A stretch of DNA of 37,181 nucleotides, from the IMG/VR virus record IMGVR_UViG_3300047560_002128, positions 1 to 37,181 of that record; one strand, given 5' to 3'. Each line of letters starts with the position of its first letter. Within the stretch, counting starts at the first letter, position 1. Shown here piece by piece: positions 19,101 through 27,533 of the stretch. The position numbers and the translations under genes were made by a program. The DNA comes from a virus (taxonomy: Duplodnaviria > Caudoviricetes). The notes under the pieces were generated by a model. That model worked only from the letters and a program-made list of their open reading frames with translations. It ran no database searches and was not told the DNA's origin.

Positions 19101-22100
19101 TGTACCGTTTGCTTCAGTGACATCGTCTTCTCTAATAATTCTAAACGTGTCGTAATAGTTGTCAAAACTCCAACGATAGGTTTTGCCACGAAGAACAAGT
19201 TGTCCGCCTTCGCCAGCAGGATCTATCATAGACTCGATACGACCGTTTACTGTGAGCAAGCTACTTGTGCTAATGAACCCGCCGATGCCAACTTGTTTGG
19301 TTGCTGAGTTAATTATAAATGAACTTGTAGTATAAACGCTTGCGGCTGTGGCGCTTGCGTTATTTGCACTAACAAATGTAGGATAAAAAGTAGCGGCCGA
19401 CGGATTGGCTACTGTTTGTACTTGTGCAGAACTACCGCTGGCACTATCTGCAATAACTGCACGGCCTACATACATACTTGCAGTTGTAGTCCAAGTAGGT
19501 GCACCTACATAGTTGGCTTGTAAGAAGTTACCTGTTGTGGCTGTATTAATAAAGCCACTAGTATTAGCCGCTGTTTGATAATGCAATTGACCAGCAGTAC
19601 CTGCTCGTAGGTTTGTGCTTACGTTAGCATCTTGAACATAAGTTGTACCTGTATTACCGGCATGAACAATTATGTTGCCACCGTATGTTAAAGATCCTGC
19701 GCCAGCACGACCTAATGCTGTAGTATCACTACTGCCAAATATAATATATCCGTTGGCAGAGTTTTGTTGTCCCATTACTCTAAGAGTATCTGCAACATTA
19801 ACATCGCCAATCCAGGCATCGTCGCCGACTTTAAAGTTTGTGCCGTTACCGTTGTTAGTTGCCGCAAATACACCAGCAGTCACCCATCCTGTGGAAGGGT
19901 TAACAGAGAAACTACTTGTAGTGTAAACAGGCTCCCATCCTGCGGCAGCATTATTGCTATCAACAAAAGATGGATAATATGTTCCACTTGTAACCTGTGC
20001 AACAGTGTCTATGTATGCCGCTCTTGAAACATACATTGAACCAGTGCTCATGAACGCAGTGGTATTGGGCGCACTTTGATATGCAAATTGACCAGCAGTA
20101 CCACCTGCTAGGTTAACAGCAGTGGTCATTAGTGTCGAAGTGTTAAAGTTGTTTACAGTATCAGCAACAGTAGCACGATAAACATACATGCTACCTGTTG
20201 ATGTCCAAGTAGGAGCACCGGTATAGTTGGCCTGTAAGAAGTTGCCTGTTGTGGCTGTGTTAACAAAACTTGTTATACCTGCCGCACTTTGATAAGGAAC
20301 TTGTCCAGCAGTACCACCTGCTATGTTTGTTGCAGTTGTACTAACGCCAGTAATACTTGCATTGATTGTACCTGCTACAGTGATGTTACCACCAACATAA
20401 ATGCTGCCGCCAACACCTACACCGCCGAGTACAGTTAAGTCACCGCTAGATGTGTTTCCACTGTTTGCGGCTCCACCGGCCAGTTTAATAGCACCTGTCT
20501 TAAATGTGCCATAGGTAGTACCCGTAAATACTCCATTAGCCTCAGAACCGTTCTCATACCACTCTAGATAGCTAGTGTCGTTAGCAATGCCTAAGAATGC
20601 ATCTTTGTCTGCACTCTTGTAGTAGTGGAAAATAAAACCAATATCTTTACCATCGTCTAAGGTCCAGGTGTGGCTAGACGGAGTACCTCCCGGAGGAGTG
20701 TGCATATTGAGAATGTTGTCAGTATAAACAGTATTTGTGCTGTACGCATAAGTTGCTGTACCTGCAAAAGTCACTGGACCTTTAAACAATACAGGAGCAT
20801 CAGTTCCGACAGTTAGACCACTGTTAATAAATGCACCGCCTGCAACATATAGTGCATTGTTGACTCCTGTTGATGTGCTATACCCTGTTCCGTTTACTGA
20901 TAAGTTTTGAAGGTTTACAAGGCCAGTTGTTGGGTTAACATAGAAACTACTTGTTGTATAAACACTTTCTGCTGTCGCAGATGCGTTATTAGTATCAACA
21001 AACGTTGGATAATAACTTGCATTTCCTGTTTGTAAAGTTGTTAATACTTGGTCTGAAATTGTTGCACGGTTAACATAGATAGTGCTAGTTGCCGCCCAGG
21101 CTGGGGTGCTGCCGTTGCTGATTAACATATTGCCAGATGCGGCAATACTTACAAAGCCAGTTGCGTTAGCCGCTGTTTGATATGGCAAGCTGCCTGCGGC
21201 ACCTGCTCGTAAGTTTGTGCTTACTACTGCATCTTGTACATACATACTAGCAGTTGTTGTCCAGGTCGGTGCCCCTACATAGTTTGCTTGTAAGAAGTTA
21301 CCTGTTGTGGCTGTGTTAATGAATCCACTGGTGTTGGCTGCTGTCTGATAATGTAATTGTCCAGCAGTACCTGCTCGTAAGTTTGTGCTTACGTTAGCAT
21401 CTTGAATATAGATACTGGCAGTGTTTGTGTAAACAGGAGCACTTGCACCTGCACTGACTAGTAGTTGTCCAGCAGTACCTGGTCCGTAGAAACTTGTTAC
21501 TCCGCCGGCTGTTTGATAAGGAACCTGACCAGCAGTACCACCTGCTAAGTTAGTAGCTGTAGTAGCAAGACCTGCACTTAGACCACTTAGTGCCGCCCAT
21601 GTAGGAGCAGTACCATTACTGGTCAATACATATCCGTTAGTACCAATACCTAAGAATGTGGTTGCATTGGCACCTGACTGATACGGAATACTACCTGCGG
21701 CACCTGCGCGAATGTTTGTGCTTACTACTGCATCTTGTACATACATACTAGCAGTTGTAGTCCATGTAGGAGCACCTACATAGTTGGCCTGTAAGAAATT
21801 ACCTGTTGTAGCTGTATTAATAAAGCCACTGGTGTTGGCAGCTGATTGATAAACTAGTTGACCAGCTGTTCCGCCTACCAGCGTTACAGATTTAGCCATT
21901 AGTGTAGAAGTATCTAGGCTCCATGTCTGTGCTGTGCTACCGTTATAGGCTGCGCCCAAGATACCTGTACCAGTTGAATGACTTTGAACTACCTGTGTAG
22001 CTACCTGCATTAGTGTGGCAGTGTTTAAAGTCCAGGTGTAGTTGGCGCTACCGTTAAATGATGTACCTGTTAAGCCAACACCGGCTGATAATGTGCCCAT

Positions 22101-23714
22101 GGTTGCATAAGCAGTGGCCGCACTGGTTGCAGTAGTAGCTAAGTCAGATAGTGTTGCACGGTTAACATACATACTACCTGTTGATGTCCATGTAGGAGCA
22201 CCGGTGTAGTTAGCCTGTAAGAAGTTACCTGTTGTAGCTGTGTTAATGAATCCACTGGTGTTAGCCGCTGTCTGGTAAACTAGTTGACCAGCAGTGCCCG
22301 CTCTTACGTTTGTACTTACATTAGCATCTTGAATATAGATACTGGCGGTGTTTGTGTAAACAGGTGCGGCAGCACCATTAGATAATAAAATTTGTCCAGC
22401 GGTTCCCGGACCGTAAAAACTTGTAGAACCACCTGCTGTTTGATAAGGAACTTGGCCAGCAGTACCACCTGCTAGGTTAGTAGCAGTTGTAGCAAGACCT
22501 GCACTTAGACCAGTTAGTGCGGTCCATGTTGGAGCAGTACCATTACTGGTCAACACATATCCATTAGTACCAATTGCTAAGAAGCCAGTTGCGTTGGCTG
22601 CTGTTTGATAAGGCAAGCTGCCTGCGGCTCCACTGCCTAAGTTTACAGCGGTCTGCATTAAAGTAGCAGTGTTTAATGTCCATGTTTGTGCGGCTGAGCC
22701 GTTGTATGCACTACCTGTTAGACCTGTACCTGCTGAAAGGCTTTGGCTCATTGCGCCAACAAATGTTGTTGCAGTTACAGTACCAGATGCTGTGACATCT
22801 TTTACATATAGTCTATTCCATGCTAGTGATCCAGAACCTAAGTTGTATGTGTTAGTAGTTCCAGGAAGTACATCAGAAATAACTTCAGCACCTAATGTGA
22901 TGGTATCAGTGACTTGATTGCCAAGTGTGATATTACCATTGGCAATAATATTGCCTTGGGCAGTAATGTTTCCGCCAACAAATACATCTCCACCAATACC
23001 TACACCACCGGCAATTTGTAACGCACCTGTAGTAGTACTACTAGTCGGAGTTGTATTAGATGTTCTAATAATATCATCGGTTGTTATTAATGTAGTAGTA
23101 ACTGTTGTATATTGAATGTCTAATTCTTGTGCAACAATCTTGCCGCCAACAAAAATATCGCCTGCAACTCCAACGCCACCGGCAACAATCAAAGCGCCAG
23201 TAGTTGTAGATGTTGCATTAGCTGTTCCGTTAACTTTAACAGAACCTGCAACATAGGTTAGTGTACTTGTATACTGAGGACCATTTGTACCATTACTGAA
23301 TAAGAATTGACCATAACTACCAGGACCAGCAAATGAAGTAACGCCAGGTGCTGATTGGAATGCTAGTTGACCTGCTGTGCCACCAGCTAGGTTTGTTGCT
23401 GTAGATGCGGAACTTACAGTTGCACCTGCTGATACAATACCACCAACTGTCGAACCATCGCCTAACCATGTAGGAGCAACACCCGCTGATGCATAATCTG
23501 TTACAAAAACAAATTGTCCTTGTGCAGGAGTAATTGCAAGACGCTCTGCATTTGTTATTTTTAATGTTGGTAACAGCGCACTTCCGCCTGCTGTAATTCC
23601 GTCATGGACTCTAACAGCATAAGTGCTTGTATCGATTGTTAGTTCTCCGACTGCACCTGTAAACGCATTATTTTGCGCTGAGGTGCCTCTTCTAAATTGG
23701 ACTTGTGTTGGCAT
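16194..23714 (-). CDS. Giant tail fiber (2506 aa): Mtd_N-like anchor, repetitive shaft, C-terminal peptidase S74 intramolecular chaperone
   Basis: N-terminus VQFRRGT...FTGAVGELTIDT...RVHDGITAGG. C-terminus YYSDRRLKENV...LNGITY...GLFADEVEAILPEA...YEKLVPLLIEAVKEQ followed by a coiled coil. Confidence 0.9.
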   Translation of the reverse strand: MPTQVQFRRGTSAQNNAFTGAVGELTIDTSTYAVRVHDGITAGGSALLPTLKITNAERLAITPAQGQFVFVTDYASAGVAPTWLGDGSTVGGIVSAGATVSSASTATNLAGGTAGQLAFQSAPGVTSFAGPGSYGQFLFSNGTNGPQYTSTLTYVAGSVKVNGTANATSTTTGALIVAGGVGVAGDIFVGGKIVAQELDIQYTTVTTTLITTDDIIRTSNTTPTSSTTTGALQIAGGVGIGGDVFVGGNITAQGNIIANGNITLGNQVTDTITLGAEVISDVLPGTTNTYNLGSGSLAWNRLYVKDVTASGTVTATTFVGAMSQSLSAGTGLTGSAYNGSAAQTWTLNTATLMQTAVNLGSGAAGSLPYQTAANATGFLAIGTNGYVLTSNGTAPTWTALTGLSAGLATTATNLAGGTAGQVPYQTAGGSTSFYGPGTAGQILLSNGAAAPVYTNTASIYIQDANVSTNVRAGTAGQLVYQTAANTSGFINTATTGNFLQANYTGAPTWTSTGSMYVNRATLSDLATTATSAATAYATMGTLSAGVGLTGTSFNGSANYTWTLNTATLMQVATQVVQSHSTGTGILGAAYNGSTAQTWSLDTSTLMAKSVTLVGGTAGQLVYQSAANTSGFINTATTGNFLQANYVGAPTWTTTASMYVQDAVVSTNIRAGAAGSIPYQSGANATTFLGIGTNGYVLTSNGTAPTWAALSGLSAGLATTATNLAGGTAGQVPYQTAGGVTSFYGPGTAGQLLVSAGASAPVYTNTASIYIQDANVSTNLRAGTAGQLHYQTAANTSGFINTATTGNFLQANYVGAPTWTTTASMYVQDAVVSTNLRAGAAGSLPYQTAANATGFVSIAASGNMLISNGSTPAWAATSTIYVNRATISDQVLTTLQTGNASYYPTFVDTNNASATAESVYTTSSFYVNPTTGLVNLQNLSVNGTGYSTSTGVNNALYVAGGAFINSGLTVGTDAPVLFKGPVTFAGTATYAYSTNTVYTDNILNMHTPPGGTPSSHTWTLDDGKDIGFIFHYYKSADKDAFLGIANDTSYLEWYENGSEANGVFTGTTYGTFKTGAIKLAGGAANSGNTSSGDLTVLGGVGVGGSIYVGGNITVAGTINASITGVSTTATNIAGGTAGQVPYQSAAGITSFVNTATTGNFLQANYTGAPTWTSTGSMYVYRATVADTVNNFNTSTLMTTAVNLAGGTAGQFAYQSAPNTTAFMSTGSMYVSRAAYIDTVAQVTSGTYYPSFVDSNNAAAGWEPVYTTSSFSVNPSTGWVTAGVFAATNNGNGTNFKVGDDAWIGDVNVADTLRVMGQQNSANGYIIFGSSDTTALGRAGAGSLTYGGNIIVHAGNTGTTYVQDANVSTNLRAGTAGQLHYQTAANTSGFINTATTGNFLQANYVGAPTWTTTASMYVGRAVIADSASGSSAQVQTVANPSAATFYPTFVSANNASATAASVYTTSSFIINSATKQVGIGGFISTSSLLTVNGRIESMIDPAGEGGQLVLRGKTYRWSFDNYYDTFRIIREDDVTEANGTSPFQISSGTTSVLIGYGNASPTTSGEKFGVTGGVYVSGTVTATTFVGALTGTASKATNLVGGVAGSLPYQSAADSTTFLGIGTNGYVLTSNGTAPTWAALSGLSAGSATTATNLAGGQAWQIPYQTAPGSTAFASSGTTGQFWQATTNGAPAWTTTANIYVQNAVLATHQRGGTAGQLQYQSAVDTTAFINTATTGNFLQANYVGAPTWTGTASMYVQDAVVSTNIRAGAAGSLPYQSGANATTFLGIGANGYVLTSNGTAPTWTAASSLTAGSLTNSHSTGTGILGASYNGSAAVTWSLDTSTLMTKVVNLASGAAGSVPYQSAANATTFLSIGSANTVMMSNGSAPTWTASPTFGGNVTITGNLTVQGTTTYVDSTVTNIGDPIVTIGGGANGAAPASNDGKDRGIAFQWHNGTVAKVGFFGYKNSTGKMTFIPDATITNEVVTGTKGALDANLAGGAAGSIPYQSAADTTTFLSIGTNGYVLTSNGTAPTWTALSGLSAGSATTASNAAVAYSTIGTLTAGTGLSGTAFNGSANQTWTLNTSTLMNIATQVVQSHSAGAGLTGSAYNGSTAQTWTLNTATLMATTLNLANGAAGSLPYQSGANATTFLGIGTNGYVLTSNGTAPTWAAASGITAGAVTYALTMNNSGSGDASGTTYNGSAARTISYNTVGAPSTGGANATGTWPISITGNAYTVNTVAQTANGVYYPAFVDSNNGTATAESVYTTSSFAISPMTGNVMIGGNGTTSTNKLEVRGTAGQLFSVNDSFTGTIFSANDVSGIPSIEVLDTGLVKLAQYNGQVAISTSTAQTNMGLTVNSSTYLMSLGVGTVASGTTGEIRATNEITAYYSDRRLKENVKVIDNAVTKVLSLNGITYTPNALAESFGYDRTTKLVGLFADEVEAILPEATRPAPFDVDENGNSKSGEDYKTIQYEKLVPLLIEAVKEQQGIIDTLKAELASIKNLITKG
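17200..22800 (-). repeat. Dispersed internal coding repeats of the giant fiber
   Basis: About six copies each of 'FL.IG.NGYVLTSNGTAPTW' and 'NTATTGNFLQANY.GAPTW', many 'NL.GG.AGQ..YQ' units, and several 'G..YNGS.AQTWTLNT.TLM' units. Confidence 0.9.
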
Positions 23715-23729
23715 CTTGTAATCCTAGTC

Positions 23730-24293
23730 TTATGGTAAATTCAAATCTGCGTAGAGCATGGCTCCTACGGGGTTCATACAGTCGTAAGTTTTCATTAAAC
23801 TGACACCGAATGCATCTGTTGTAGCTGTGGAAAGATCTCCGAAATCTCCAGTAGGAAAAGTTGGGTATCCGGGAATATTGATTGTTACTTCTGTGGTTGA
23901 TGCTGTTGATACAGAAACACCGTCCCCTATGAAGTTTAATATTGAAGTAGCGGTGTTTAATACTACCCATTCGTCCTTAACAACGAGTGCGCTTCCACCA
24001 CCACCTCCTCCACCGATTAAGGCGCCGCTTGAATAGATATTGCGAACATATAAGTCGCCGCCAATACCTACCCCACCTGCAACAATTAAAGCACCCGTTG
24101 TGGTACTAGTAGCAGATGTTAGATTTTGAAGATTTACGGTTCCGCCAATATAAACATCTTGAGCAATGCCTACACCGCCAGAGATTTGTACGCCACCGGT
24201 TGTGGTGCTTACTGCTGTTACGGTTGACAAGAATGACGCAGTGGTATTAACCACCAGGCCATGCTTGACTTTAAAGTCGGCGTGGTTTGACAT
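23730..24293 (-). CDS. Short fiber-like virion protein
   Basis: DFKVKHGL N-terminus, two STTTG.L...GGVGI repeats and a poly-Gly linker. Confidence 0.75.
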   Translation of the reverse strand: MSNHADFKVKHGLVVNTTASFLSTVTAVSTTTGGVQISGGVGIAQDVYIGGTVNLQNLTSATSTTTGALIVAGGVGIGGDLYVRNIYSSGALIGGGGGGGSALVVKDEWVVLNTATSILNFIGDGVSVSTASTTEVTINIPGYPTFPTGDFGDLSTATTDAFGVSLMKTYDCMNPVGAMLYADLNLP

Positions 24294-24294
24294 T

Positions 24295-24324
24295 GCCGTT
24301 TAGTTTCCCTTTCCACCAATTGGC
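24295..24324 (-). promoter_or_regulatory. Candidate 5'-UTR hairpin with GGAAAGGGAA loop
   Basis: GCC-aa-UUGGU[GGAAAGGGAA]ACUAA-ac-GGC, ending 1 nt before the AUG. Confidence 0.45.
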
Positions 24325-24335
24325 TATAATAGTGT

Positions 24336-24343
24336 TATTTATA
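24336..24343 (-). promoter_or_regulatory. Late promoter TATAAATA
   Basis: Exact T4 late consensus between a terminator and gene 23730..24293. Confidence 0.8.
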
Positions 24344-24366
24344 CCAAACGGTAAAATCAGTTTTAC

Positions 24367-24395
24367 AAAACAAAAACAGGGCCCGTAGGCCCTGT
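24367..24395 (-). terminator. Rho-independent terminator
   Basis: ACAGGGCC-TACG-GGCCCTGT followed by TTTTGTTTT, after the 1033-aa gene. Confidence 0.85.
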
Positions 24396-24412
24396 ATTGT
24401 TGTCTGTTACAT

Positions 24413-27400
24413 TTACAATGTAATAGTCTGTCTACTCATTTTAATTGTCATCTGAGTAGGTGTGTAGTTTGCTGTAAATGTCAGTGTGATTGTATTTGCA
24501 GCCAAGCCAGCATCAAATGTTCCTAATTCGCCCTGGCTTGTAGCAATAGCATATTCTGTCATGTAAACATTAGTTCCGTCATGGAACACTAGGATTTCTT
24601 CAACATGAACCTTGGTTCCGTCAACGATCTGTATTAGATATTTTGCAGTTCTGTAAGCAGTGGTACTGAAAGTATCTAGGTTAAATGTGGCGTTAGTCTG
24701 AATATAACCGCTAGTATAGCTAGATAACAGTGTGTTATTACTGTAGAAGCTGTTAACCACTGTTTGTGTAGTTGCACTTCCAACAGTGACCGCTGTTCCA
24801 ACTGTTAAGTTTTTAGCAATACCAACACCGCCACTTACGATCAATGCACCGTTGTTTGTAGCATTGCTGTCTGTGGTATTTGTAATACTTACGATGCCCG
24901 CGGCGTTAATTGTACTACCAAATGTTGCAGCCATTGTAGCAGTAAACAAGTTAGAAACTAACAAGTTATTACCGACTGTTTCGTTGTTTGTAACTGTTAG
25001 GTTTGTAATTGTTAGTGCTGATAAGCTGATATTACCAGGTAGTGTAGCACTGCCTGTAACAACCAAGTTTGTTGCAGTAATTGTATTATTAACAACTGCA
25101 TCACCTAGTGTAGTTCTACCAGTTACACCTAATGTTCCACCGACTGTTGCGTTGTTGGTTATAGTTGTAGCACTTAGAGTGCTGCCACCGTTAACCGTTA
25201 AGTATCCTGTAACTGTTTCGTTGCCGCTGACAGTTAAGTTGTTTGTAACAGTTGCGGCGCTTAAAGTAGCACCGCCGTTGGCGCTAAAGAATCCTGTGAT
25301 TGTTGAGGATCCTGTGATTGTTTCATTGCCCGTAACTGCAAGATTACCGCCGATTGTAGCAGTTGTACCTACATACAAGTCCTTAGCAATACCTACACCA
25401 CCAGTTGTTTGAATAGTGCCAGCATTGGCTGCACCTAATGATGGTGTAGTACCGTTTACTAGTAAAGTATTTGTAACTGTGGCAGCACTAATTGTAGCCC
25501 CGCCACTTAATGTTGTATATCCTGATACCCCTAGGGTGTTAGTAACAGTTGCGGCACTGATTGTAGCACCGCCATTTAATGATGTGTAACCAGTAACGCC
25601 TAGTGTTGTTCCAACTGTTGCGGCATTCGTAACTGTTAGAGCACTAGCAGTTGCGCCGCCGTTCAAGCTACTAAATCCAGTTACTGTTAAACTTGTACCA
25701 ACAGAAGCGGCATTTGTAACTGTTAGAGCGCTAATTGTAGCACCACCACTAATTGTGCCATATCCTGTTACAGTTAAGTTACCACCTACTGTTTCGTTTC
25801 CTGTGATGTTTGCCGTTGTGGCAGTGACTGTGCCACCAACAACTAATCCACCACCAATACCTACGCCGCCTCTAACTTGTAGTGCGCCAGTGTTTGTAGA
25901 GCTAACTGCTGTAGTATTTGTTACTGTAGTTAGACCGCCAAATGTAGAACCATCAAAAACAGTTAAACTAGTGCCAGTTCCTTCTAATACTAAGAAGTCA
26001 AATGTACCTGTACTTGCAGTAAGTTGGTCTAGACCGACACCTTTTAGGTATAAGTTACCTTGTAGATTAATGTCTCCACCAACCCATAAGTCGTTGTTAA
26101 TTGCGGCACCACCCTTAACTTGTAGAGCACCGGTACCGTTGTTATATCCTGTAGCATTGCCTGTTCCGCTAGCAACAATGTTTGTAGCAGTAAATGTAGT
26201 GCCGTTAAATGTTAGGCCAGCATTGAATACTGTTAGACCAGGACCACTTTGATAAGGAATTTGATCTTTTAATCCACCTGCAATGTTACTAGCTGTAGTA
26301 GCATTACCTGCACTTAAACTACTGACTGCGGCCCAAGTAGGTAAACCACCACTAACAGTTAAAATATATCCGTTAGTGCCAATTGGTAAGAATGTTGTAG
26401 CATTGGCACCGCTCTGATAAGGTAAACTTCCAGAAACGCCGCCATTTAGGTTATTGGCCTGTGTAGCAGTACCAGTTAGTCCACCGATAAAGTTTGTTGC
26501 TGTTACATTACCTGCAACAAAAATACTGCCGCCAACACCCACGCCACCTAATACTGTTAGGTCGCCTGTGCTAGTGTTTGCTTGGTTTTGTACGCCACCG
26601 ACTAATTTAATATTACCAGTTCTAAATATACCGTAAGTTGCAGTACTGAAGTCACCGTTTGTGGCTTCTGCACCTGAACTATACCAGTCAAGATATTTTG
26701 TAGTATTATCTAAAACTAAGGCTGCATTAGTGTCGGCACCACCTGTGTAATAATGGAAGCGGAAACCAATATCTTTGCCGTCGTCAACGGTCCACTGACC
26801 GTACACTCCAGTCGGCGGAGTATGTATTTCAAGTAAGTTGTCTGTATAGAAAGTATTTGTACTTAGAACATAAGTAGCACTACCGTTAAATGTGACAATG
26901 TCTTTGAACAATACAGGACCAGCAACGGTTAATCCCTTATCAGCATAAACAGCACCAGCTGTGTAAATTGCGTTAGCTGTGTTAGTTGCTGTATTGTAAG
27001 CTGTGCTCTTAACAACTAAGTTATCATTAACATAGGCACCACCTGCTACTACTAGGGCCCCTGTACCGCCTACACTGTTTGCTGTAGTTGTATTAGTGAC
27101 ATTTGTGATACCGGCAATGTTTACATTTCCGCCAAAGCTAGATAACCCTGTTCCAACTGTAAAAATGTTTGTACCAGTTACAAATAGTGCTCCACTGAAT
27201 GTGTTTACTGCACCTGTAAATAGTGTTTGACCTTGGAATAAACTTGGACCTGTAACTTGTAAAGTTGTCAGCGTCGAAGTAGTTGCTGTTAGGCCTTGTA
27301 AGGTTGTAAGTCCGTTAACTGTTAACGAACTTTGGTTTGTTTGTGCTCCCCAAATTGTAGCTGTTGTTCCTACAATTAAGTTCTTTGCAATTGCGGCACC

Positions 27401-27514
27401 ACCATTAACCTGTAATGTTCCTGTTTGTCCTGTAGACGATGATACAAATGCAACGCCTTCAGTCAGGGCACCTGCCTTGATTACAAAATCTTTAGTGATT
27501 GATGTTAGTGCCAT
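24413..27514 (-). CDS. Tail fiber-like virion protein (1033 aa)
   Basis: Thr/Gly/Val beta-repeats, GALxVxGG(V/A)GI units, a domain shared with the 2506-aa fiber, and a C-terminal YRTAKYLIQI...TEYA...LGTF domain. Confidence 0.8.
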   Translation of the reverse strand: MALTSITKDFVIKAGALTEGVAFVSSSTGQTGTLQVNGGAAIAKNLIVGTTATIWGAQTNQSSLTVNGLTTLQGLTATTSTLTTLQVTGPSLFQGQTLFTGAVNTFSGALFVTGTNIFTVGTGLSSFGGNVNIAGITNVTNTTTANSVGGTGALVVAGGAYVNDNLVVKSTAYNTATNTANAIYTAGAVYADKGLTVAGPVLFKDIVTFNGSATYVLSTNTFYTDNLLEIHTPPTGVYGQWTVDDGKDIGFRFHYYTGGADTNAALVLDNTTKYLDWYSSGAEATNGDFSTATYGIFRTGNIKLVGGVQNQANTSTGDLTVLGGVGVGGSIFVAGNVTATNFIGGLTGTATQANNLNGGVSGSLPYQSGANATTFLPIGTNGYILTVSGGLPTWAAVSSLSAGNATTASNIAGGLKDQIPYQSGPGLTVFNAGLTFNGTTFTATNIVASGTGNATGYNNGTGALQVKGGAAINNDLWVGGDINLQGNLYLKGVGLDQLTASTGTFDFLVLEGTGTSLTVFDGSTFGGLTTVTNTTAVSSTNTGALQVRGGVGIGGGLVVGGTVTATTANITGNETVGGNLTVTGYGTISGGATISALTVTNAASVGTSLTVTGFSSLNGGATASALTVTNAATVGTTLGVTGYTSLNGGATISAATVTNTLGVSGYTTLSGGATISAATVTNTLLVNGTTPSLGAANAGTIQTTGGVGIAKDLYVGTTATIGGNLAVTGNETITGSSTITGFFSANGGATLSAATVTNNLTVSGNETVTGYLTVNGGSTLSATTITNNATVGGTLGVTGRTTLGDAVVNNTITATNLVVTGSATLPGNISLSALTITNLTVTNNETVGNNLLVSNLFTATMAATFGSTINAAGIVSITNTTDSNATNNGALIVSGGVGIAKNLTVGTAVTVGSATTQTVVNSFYSNNTLLSSYTSGYIQTNATFNLDTFSTTAYRTAKYLIQIVDGTKVHVEEILVFHDGTNVYMTEYAIATSQGELGTFDAGLAANTITLTFTANYTPTQMTIKMSRQTITL
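25140..25800 (-). repeat. Tandem 23-29 aa coding repeats (VTG...L.GGATISA.TVTN)
   Basis: Four adjacent copies plus two more degenerate ones in the translation. Confidence 0.8.
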
Positions 27515-27533
27515 TTTAGTGTTTTTCCTTCAA

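Noticed and set aside
17200-22800. Repeats resembling a CRISPR or ncRNA array
   Set aside because: They are in-frame coding repeats with third-position variation and irregular spacing.
9181-23714. Possible diversity-generating retroelement or invertase shufflon acting on lectins or fiber
   Set aside because: No reverse transcriptase, recombinase or inverted cassettes in the window. Repeat differences are synonymous and not adenine-specific.
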